Source: Klebsormidium nitens (taxonomy: Eukaryota > Plantae > Klebsormidiophyceae). From it: a stretch of 42,615 nucleotides of DNA. The stretch covers positions 1 through 42,615 of the forward strand of contig DF237656.1 in NCBI GenBank assembly GCA_000708835.1. Direction: 5' to 3'. The notes beneath the pieces are model-generated. The model saw nothing but the letters and a program-made list of their open reading frames with translations, made no database searches and was not told the origin of the DNA. A program made the position numbers and the translations under genes. Positions 21,901 through 30,200 of this stretch are shown piece after piece (within the stretch, counting starts at the first letter, position 1; every line of letters starts with the position of its first letter).

Positions 21901-24272
21901 ACCAAAGGCCTCGTTTCCGACGGCGACCCAGCGGATGTTCACACCCCCGGAGTGGATGTACCATAAAATCTTCAAACCTAACCCCTAACTGAGACGGGTT
22001 AAAGCGATGAAATTCAGAAACGCTTGTTACCCACGTTGTACCATGAGCCAAAGGCCTCGTTTCCAACGGCGACCCAGCGGATGTTCACGCCCCCCGGGTA
22101 GATGTACCGGCCAACATTGTACTGGACCCACGCCGAGGCCGCCGCCTTGTTGGCCGCGAAGTTGGCCAAGTGCTGCAGGCGGGGGAGAATTTGTTTTGTA
22201 CTGAGAAAACGCGAGTTAATTGACATTCTTCGCGGAGCCACACGCAGTTGGTAAGATGCACGGGCTGCCGTGACACATAGTTTTGGACCCACGCAGAAGT
22301 CGCCTCCTTGTTTGGCCAGGTTGTGCAGCCGGGAGAAAGGTTGGTTGACGGTCAGACATCGATCAGTTTGAAGCTTCTTGGGAGCAGTTCTGCTTAGTCG
22401 CCAAGGTGCGCTGACGTCAGACATACTACTAGTGCACCCGCGCCGAGGACGCCGGCGCGGCTTTGTTGGCCGCGGAATCGGACAGGTTCTCCGACCGGGG
22501 AGAGGGTCGGTTTACACCGGGAGACGTCAGCCCCAAAAGATTCGTGAGAGCAACTTTCGTACAGGAAGGTGGGCTGGTATCAGGTGGCGCCGAATGCGCA
22601 CCGAGAAGCGCGCCGGCTCAAGCCCGCTACATCTGCCAGCTGCATACTGCTTCAGTCCATATCCGACACCGAGAGAAGACTCTGCTGTTCATAGAGCTTG
22701 CAAATCCAAGTTTTGGATCTCGTGTGAGTATTCTGGCAGCTGAAGGAGTCGGTTTCAGCTGCACTTGATGAGCCAACAGCTCGCCTTTGCCCAACGCAAC
22801 TATTTTTGCAATTTGCGAAGCACGCCTAGTTCGGAGCGGAGCTCGTTTCCAAGGTTCGAAGGATCTGATGGGCTTACGATGTTCTCCAGCCCAATCATCA
22901 CCTCCACATCCATGTTGATGAGCTGACCCAGGAAGGCCTCGTCCGCGTTGAAAATCTGCACAGGATAGAATCAGCACCTCTATCAAACAGTCCGCTTTTG
23001 TAAGAAGTGATGTTTTGGTTTCTTTGCAGTAATCTCTGTGAAACTTTGAAGTAATAGGGGAGTGTCGGGCTTAGAGTTTCTTTGCTGCCCAACGTTTGTG
23101 GCACTGAATTTCAAACCAGATGTGAGGAACCTCACAAAACAGAGTGCGCAGTGAATCTGCATCAATGACAGTCGCAATGAACGTTACACGCTCCGAGCTG
23201 ATTGGTGAGCTTAACCATTTGCCGTACTACTTTGTTCCAGTTGTTTTGACTTGGCCGCTTCGCATACATAAGTGATTGTCTTTCCTAAGGTCTTTATTCA
23301 ACGTGCGGAGAGAAGATAGAGTGCCTCGCAACTGGTGTGAATTGCCTTGAAAGCTGGTGTAAGATTTAAAAAGGTACGTAATCTCTCCTGAGATTCAATG
23401 ATTGCAGTTTGGCCCAGGCCCTCAGAGTATCAGAGCAAGAATCTGGCTGGGCAGATTGGATTGTGCTCGTCTTACTTGGGCTACATCTGATCGTGCCAGT
23501 TTTCAGCATGTGCAGCAGTCAAGCCAACTTCGGAATAACTTTCAGCACTGTTTAATATTGAGCGGCCGGGCAATCTACCACTCCGATCCTGGTACATACA
23601 GCAGATTCTAAAGCTGTGACCTTTCTAAGTTCCTGGTACATACAGCAGATTCTAAAGCTGTGACCTTTCTAAGTCATTGTTGCAGCTTGGCAGCAACTAA
23701 TGTGAGCGAGTCGTGATGAAGATCAGTGGCCTTGGATTCTGAAAAGAAGATGCCTTGAAGCACGCGACTTCTGACGGAGACGAACTTATAAGCCCGAAAC
23801 AGTGCTTGCAATCACGGGGACTCCGTACAGCCCTCAGTTGATAACCAGCAAAAGCGTGATTGCACAGTCCCCGCTGAGTTGACCGATCAGTTTCAGCAGA
23901 TTGGTGCCAGTTCTCGATGTTCATTCGATTGCCACAGGCTTGGTAAGGTGAACCGCAGGACAGGCATAACCTTCAGCAATGATTAGTAGCTCAAATTCCA
24001 AGGTTGTAATCCTAGCCTCGTCAGGACGAAAGGGGAAAAGAATAGAATAGAGAATTTTCAGAGGAATATCAACTTGCCTTTATCATGGGGATCTTTCTGT
24101 CCTGGATTATCTTAGCAACTGAGGCGTGGGAGATTGGTTTGCTCGAATACGCACTCCCTCCGTAGTTAAACCCGATGCCAGGTGGGATCCACTCCGCAGC
24201 CGCCATAGAAGCCAGGAGCAGCAGACACGTGGCGAGCCCGCAGGCGTCCGCCATTATATGCCGGCCCATCAT
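15954..24272 (-). CDS. Glucan endo-1,3-beta-glucosidase (GH17) with signal peptide, X8/CBM43 domain and hydrophobic GPI-type C-terminus, about 499 aa, 10 exons
   Basis: Exons 24272-24078, 22955-22878, 22172-22035, 21327-21232, 19910-19755, 18844-18680, 18215-18003, 17185-17076, 16601-16463 and 16163-15954 join in frame (1500 nt). Motifs: IGFNYG, VAVGNE (acid/base Glu), YPPSAGAF, VNVYPF, YTNMFDAMLDAV, VGE|VGWPT (nucleophile), FELLDED, HWGVF, and X8 WCVAR...WACG...HASYAFNDYYQ...CVFNG. Confidence 0.93.
17186..17640 (-). repeat. 105-nt tandem array of the GH17 exon-8 acceptor junction
   Basis: Acceptor-equivalent positions fall at 17186 (functional), 17291, 17396, 17501 and 17606, an exact 105-nt period. 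Each is followed by a variant of GGGAGCCCGAAGTACGCGCTAGAC. Confidence 0.9.
18845..19210 (-). repeat. Degenerate copies of the GH17 exon-6 start in intron 5
   Basis: ctgcag|CAATACTCGGCCCCGGTCCAAGAGCTCATGTTTCGTAAGGAGCTCGGTTGG (~19040-18985) mirrors ctgcag|CAATATCCGCCGCCGGTAGAAGAGCTTATGTTCCGCGAGGAGCTCGGGTGG. Weaker remnants lie near 19100-19205. Confidence 0.8.
19500..19754 (-). repeat. Two copies of the GH17 exon-5 end and donor in intron 5
   Basis: TTCCTAGTTGCCGCG(T/A)ACCTG occurs at the functional end (19755) and again at ~19642-19662 and ~19526-19546. Confidence 0.85.
19911..20280 (-). repeat. Three copies of the GH17 exon-5 acceptor and start in intron 4
   Basis: cag|GTTAACACTGGCGACCTGGCCGCGTCG variants at ~19975-20030, 20095-20148 and ~20222-20258. 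Confidence 0.85.
20870..21231 (-). repeat. Tandem array (about 83-nt period) of the GH17 exon-4 end and donor
   Basis: GACGG(T/C)AxxGTGAA(A/G)GTxACCACxCCG|GTGAG units at 21258-21232 (functional), 21175-21149, 21092-21066 and 20912-20886, plus partial units near 21000 and 20935. Confidence 0.9.
21720..22034 (-). repeat. Two copies of the GH17 exon-3 end (VAVGNE motif) and donor in intron 3
   Basis: Copies at 21960-21889 and 21803-21741 each end ...TGGTA(C/T)AAC|GTGAGT. Confidence 0.9.
22173..22510 (-). repeat. Two decayed copies of the GH17 exon-3 start in intron 2
   Basis: Variants of CACTTGGCCAAC...GCCAACAAGGCG...TCGGCGTGGGTCCAG at ~22330-22280 and ~22490-22430. Confidence 0.7.
23587..23674. 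repeat. Perfect 44-bp tandem duplication in GH17 intron 1
   Basis: TCCTGGTACATACAGCAGATTCTAAAGCTGTGACCTTTCTAAGT occurs twice (23587-23630 and 23631-23674). Confidence 0.9.
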
Positions 24273-25159
24273 TGCAGAGATGACGCCACTATTACAGCTT
24301 CGGCGAAGTGTCGATTCGTTTCTGCTCGATTGAGAAGTCCGCTCTTTTTTCCCCCGATCCTCCAAAAGCTTTTCTTGATCAATTATGTATAGCCCTTTCT
24401 TGATGACTTTAAATCTGGGACGAGATTGATTCACCGATGCTGGTAACTATTCGGCGCGGGATTGCTCAGGAGAGGAATCCAAGAGTCCCTGTCGACACCG
24501 TGACAGCAATGATCAGGAGAGGCAACTTCCCAAAGCCGTGTTGCTTCTAGAACCTCTACAAAGTAGTGACAACCATCTTCTGGCGCTCATCTGCTATTGC
24601 TCTCCTTAAAAAATGGTCCTCCTTTCTGGCCCCCTCGTCGCTAGCTGCTGCTTCAATATCCAAGACTTTGTGCCTGCATTCAGAGCCAGGCGTTTCTTAC
24701 ATGGCCCGGTTTGCACTGGCTGACAATGCACTGAACTGTACAAGTAAATCCAGAAGAGAATCTCTGTCACGGTTGTTACCACCGCGATCTTCTCTGGACA
24801 AGCGTTGCGGCAAACGCCAAACGATGTTGACAGTGCCGACTCGTATAATTTCCACCAGCCGATTCAACTGTCCACTGTCCAGCAGAGTCTAGACTGGAAC
24901 AGCGTAGAAGCGTACTGTGATCGTTGTTCTGAAGTGAAGAATGTCTTCGCGATCTGTGCAAAAAAGACTGGCGACGCGCGAAGTCGGTCCGCGCTGTCAA
25001 AGCTGTCAACGCAGTCAACGCAGCAACGTACCCGAGGTATTTTACCCAGTACCTGCTAAGCAGCAAGTGTGCGCACGGCGCCGTAAAGCGTACTGCAGGC
25101 AGTACAGTACCGGTACGTGTACATGCGGCACCGTCTATAATTGCATCATGGAACCAATA

Positions 25160-25351
25160 CCGTACCAATTGTCCGGTTGGGCAACAATTATATATTATTT
25201 GACTTGCCCAAAAATTGGAATAAAATAAATTCCAATTAAGGATTTGCAGATCATTTTGACCCGTAAAAAAAAAACAAAAATGCATAAATGAAGCTGCCCA
25301 AAATCCATGAGATACGAAATTATTTACTGCCCAACCGGACAATTGGTACGG
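25160..25351. mobile_element. MITE, 192 bp, with 24-bp perfect TIRs and TA target duplication (Tc1/mariner/pogo-type signature)
   Basis: CCGTACCAATTGTCCGGTTGGGCA (25160-25183) and its exact reverse complement (25328-25351). TA lies on both outer sides (25158-59, 25352-53) and the interior is AT-rich and non-coding. Confidence 0.8.
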
Positions 25352-27209
25352 TACTTGCCGACAGTCCAGTCACGGCACCGAAGCACGTTGGGTTCCAAGT
25401 GGGCACTGTCAACAATTCCTGGCTCAGGGGGGAAATGGTCGGCGACAGAGAAGCCTGCAACAGGGCAAGATGGTCGCTTTTGACAAGGCATGACGACATA
25501 GCAGAAGCATCCGTACACGTCTCTTTAAATGCTGTTTCAATTATTGCCCGATGCTAAATCGTGGGAAGGGTTTGTTCAACTTTGAGCACTCTTTTCGGAA
25601 CGTCAGGGCTCTCACAGGCACACATGCTGGCAGCGGCTGGCTTCCTGGCTGAAAAGGAGCCTTTACTATGGAAGAAGCCTGCCATGATTTTTAGGCTGCA
25701 AAATTTTAAGAAAACGTTTTCCAAAGATGCATGCATTTGAGAGAAACCCAGGTGGCCTCCTACGGGCCTTGTGAACTGCGAGGCAACATACCGTACAAGA
25801 GCCCCGCAAAAGCATCAGATACCGTAGGTACCCGAAAACAGGGCCTTGTAGATGAGGGTGGTCTAAGGTGGAGTGTGGTCATCGAAGCCTACCATCGGAC
25901 GGGTGATAGGCACTGCCTTCGAGGAAGATTCTCAATCCACGGTCCGCAATAAGGGTCTGCCAAATGCAAGTGGCCCGAGGGAATCCCAGTCGGCATCTTG
26001 CCGATTTTCCGGGTAGGACTTGGTCAAAGTTCAAATCGAACCGCACTGTCATTGTCAAGAATGCACGAATCAAAATTGCTCCTCGCAGTATGTACCGTGG
26101 AGTCGCTCTAGAGTCTAAGCTTCAAGCCCAGCCAAGATTATCGAACTTGGTGCGTACCGTGTACCAGTAATTGTTGGACGTTGAAGCTGCTGCAGTTTGA
26201 AATTTGAACACATTTTTAGATGTTAATTTTTCGGATTGGCATATGCTGCTAGCAGAACGGTCGCTTGAAAAGCTTATCGAATATTAAGGAATTATAAGAT
26301 GCCAGCACACAATAAATTGACATGGAGGGCCGCCCAGGAGCGCAGCAAACTATGGTGGGCTTAGAGTATATAATACGAAATCAAATGCCATATTCCGTGT
26401 GCCACGAACAACATACGCGCTTCCAAACCTGGTCATAGGCGCGTGCCGTTCTCATTTGCCACGATCTGCGCAACGTTTCAGTTTGGTCTCATGAATGCTT
26501 GTGAAGAGCACAGCAAGGGACGTGGCAGGGGAGCAACGCCCTTCACTGCTTCAGCTGCCGTTCCTTTCTCCACTGGTCAAGGTTGTTTCACATCTGAGGA
26601 GAAGATTGTTCATCATTGGCGGTGGCCCTGTGCTTTTGTTCTGGTGAATGTGGTGACTACGACAGGATTCTGCAGATTTGGGGATCTAAGTTTGGGCGAC
26701 AGCCTGGGAGGAGGCGACATGGTCGTTCTTCCAGCACTGTTGATTCGTCCGTGCAAGCAGGGCTGTGCTCCGGCCTCTGTCCCTGCGGATTTGTCAACCC
26801 TTTTGGAGGATCCGAGGCAATTGAAGGCTACCTAGTGGCCAGGGAGGAAAGTTTGACAACACCCTAGGGACCTAGGATAAAGCAAAGGAAAGGAGCACAT
26901 CTTATGAGGCTGAGCATACAGGCCATCATCTGCTGCTAGATCTATAGAAAGTATTGAACAAAGGCAGGGGAACTCCTCTGCTGACTTGGCTGGTATTGTC
27001 CTCAGCTCACAAGGCGGCTGCTGCGCCCTTGGACATGCAGAGCAATCCAAGGGCTCTCAATCAGGAACCTGAGCCCAAAGGGTCCCCATGTGCTAAGCCA
27101 GTCCGCACATTCAGCTCAGCCACATTCTGGAGCCTCAAATTCAGCTTTTGAAAGCACCTCACCCTTCAGGCGTACGCCCCTTGAGAGAACAGGTAGACGA
27201 GAAGTCATC

Positions 27210-30200
27210 ATGGGGCCTGAATTGTGGCCTGAGGAGCGGGCGCCGATGACCCCGCTCGTGACCAAGCACTTTGGCAAGGAGGTCTTCACCAAAACGCAGC
27301 AGTATGACGACTTGGCTACGTCTGTCACGGTGAGCTCCTCATCCTAAGCCTCCGGAAAAATCCCCTTGTTAGCTTAATAAGAGCGCCAGTTTGTTTCTGT
27401 CCTCATCATGCAGTTGCCGCAATGCTGTAAATTCTGGGGGCAATTGTCTTCCTGGCTTGCTCCACAAGAAAGTTTCCGGCTGATTTTGAGGGATTTTGAG
27501 GCTCAGCATTCAGGTCTGACGAAGTGTTGAAAGCTGACAATGCAAATGCAACCTGCATGGTGGAGCTGGGGTGATGCATGCCTTCAAAATGTTGTGACGC
27601 TTATTTTTGATGGTTTTGTTCCCCAAGTGTTGACATAGTGACGCAAGCGCCACCTTTGAAATTGTGGTAAAAGTGGTGCCTTTTGTGTCGCATCCATTGA
27701 AGTTGAAAAGTTGTTCTGACCGGCTTCTGCATGATTCTGAAGGCGTAGGGGGGTTTCTTGCTCAAGAAAACTTGTGATTTATTGAGGCTTTTAGCCGGTA
27801 TGGGGCGCAACATCTTGTGAACAAGAGTCCGTCCAGTGTTCCTTCTACGCTTTTCTCCAGGTTCTCAAAAAGTTGTAGGTGTCCTTGGCGAGAGGCCTCA
27901 ACCGATTGAACGATGAATGCTAAGAATCTCCCAGGCTTGACGTATGTTGTTTGCATTCTTTTGGCGACGATGTCGCCATCCTGTTTGTTCAGAAATCTCC
28001 ACCCTTCTTGAACTTTTTGTTCCCGTTCAAGTTGGACGCTCTTTTTCCCCTTGGTGAACAGTCAGCGCATTGAACCCAGTCTTTATACCTTGACACCCAA
28101 TGAAACACAGCCCCACTTTCAAACACCCCCTTTGTGGCCTAACTTCGCCCCACCACCCGACCAGCCTTCGCCGTCATTTCAACCTGTTGAAGTCCATTGT
28201 ACATTGTGATTTGGTCCTCTGTTCTGGTGATTGGACTCCTTAGTGTGAGTTCTTGGTGACCCAGCTTCTTTTCTCGTTGATCAGCTGCGATTCCTCCCGG
28301 CAGTACGTCATGTTTTGCTAAGTGTTCCTCGACCCCTCTTTAGGTACCCCGCTCCCCAATCACCCCCCGCCACATCACAAAAGTGATCCACACCCAGTTC
28401 GGCGCAGCGAATGATGTCATCGCAGTCCTAGAGACCGAGAAGCAGATCGACGGCTCTGGACGCATCCATGGTTTCTTGGACGTCCTCTCGCCTGAGGGCA
28501 AGAAAGTCCCTGCCCCTGAGCCGATGCGCATCGAGCTCAGTTTCACGAAACCGACCCCCCAGGAGGAAGAGATCATTGAGGAGCACCGGAAGACGCTCAT
28601 CTGGGCCGTGCGGGATATGGACGACGGCTTATGGGGCCAGCTGCCGAAAGGCGTTGCTCGTTCGCTTCGCTTTGACACCGGTGCTACGGAGCATGATGAC
28701 AATGGCTTTGGGGACGGAGGCGGTGTCAGGCGGACATCTTCATACTCTGCCAATGCAGCAGCGGCGCATCGAGCGGCGGTCCCGTCGGCTTACCTCCAGC
28801 TCTACAGGCAGTTGGCGGAGTGGATGGAGGGGTTCAGTCCATCAGACGTGCGAGTGATTCGGAGCCACCCGGTGCTAAATGAGAACGGGAAGGTTTTGGT
28901 GGGGCATGTTTGCACGGCGCAGCAGATGTTTCTGCATGAGGCGCAGGTAAAAGTTTTTCCTCTGCTCTGTCTGTTACAGCACTCAAGCATTGGGGATTGG
29001 GGGGCGTTCTTGATTATGTGTCTGCCTCTTGATCCAGCTGAATGAGTGTTGTTTCCATATGCAAATCTCTTGGTTCATACGAGCACTCCTTTAGTTCTTG
29101 AAACATGTCCTTTGATTTGTGACAACTGCTGTGTGGAACTCATGTTCTTAGCCACTTAGCTAGGTCCTTTTAGGTAAGCTGAGAGGGTATGTTTACATTG
29201 AACCACCCGCCATCTTTGAAGCAGACTAGGGGCCTCATTTCTCAACAACAAACAGTCGGTCAGTCGGCCAGTGATTGATTGTACAGCGTCACCTCTTTTA
29301 AGTATAATAATTTGCAGCGGACATGCAGTGCATGTTGTTTTCTTTGTTTTCTCTTATGTTCCTGTCTTGTGGTGAACCTTCTGGGTAGTAATTTCTGTCT
29401 TAAATGGCAGCATACTCAGCTAGATTGAAGCTTTGGTTGTGAGAAGCTAGACGCGGTCCTCTATAACACAGGTTGGGTTCTGACCTCAAGGACCTTCAGC
29501 GTTGATTGTAACTGTGACTCTTGAAGATACTTACGGAGGGTCAAACGTCGTGCCTAGTTCGTAGTTTTTCCTCTCATGAAGGCGTGTGGTTGGTCCTTGA
29601 ATCAAATCCTCATGTCGACATTCTTGATTACAAACTCAAACGCACAGCCCTTTCCATTATGCAATCCCCTTCACGCTCAGTGGTTCTCATGTCTTCCTGA
29701 CCCACGACTGAAAGACTCTTTAGAACCCTTCGAAACATACTCTTGACTTATTTTGTTCCTCTCCCTTGCAATTGTGACCGAAACCCGACCCTTTCGCCCC
29801 CCCTCCGCCCTCAGGTGGACATTTTCGACGTCTTCCTACACCAAGTCCTCGAGCTGTGGCTTCCCTTGCACCACAAAGCGCGCCCGGAGCCCTCCGGTCG
29901 GACTTTCATCCCTTTCACCGTCCCCCCCGAAACCCCTATCTCGTCCCCCTCTTCCTCTTCTGAGGGGGACACCCCCCCCCTCTCGCCAGAGCCATCCTTC
30001 CTCCCCCCACCGCCAATCAGCACCGCGTCCCTTCCCCTCACCATGAACACTTTCGTTCGCGCGCGTAGGCTGACACTAGATGCCCCCCCTGACGAAGATG
30101 GAGAAGAACTCCTCCACGTTGGCGTCGACGCCCTCATCAGGGGGGTGAAAAGGCCCCGTGCCGAGGCGACAGAACCCCCCCGGGAAGACACGTCGGTGCT

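Noticed and set aside
25700-27170. Candidate 5' exons of the LmbE-like gene
   Set aside because: Several short frames and acceptor-like sites exist, but none gives a unique phase-compatible model, so the start was left provisional.
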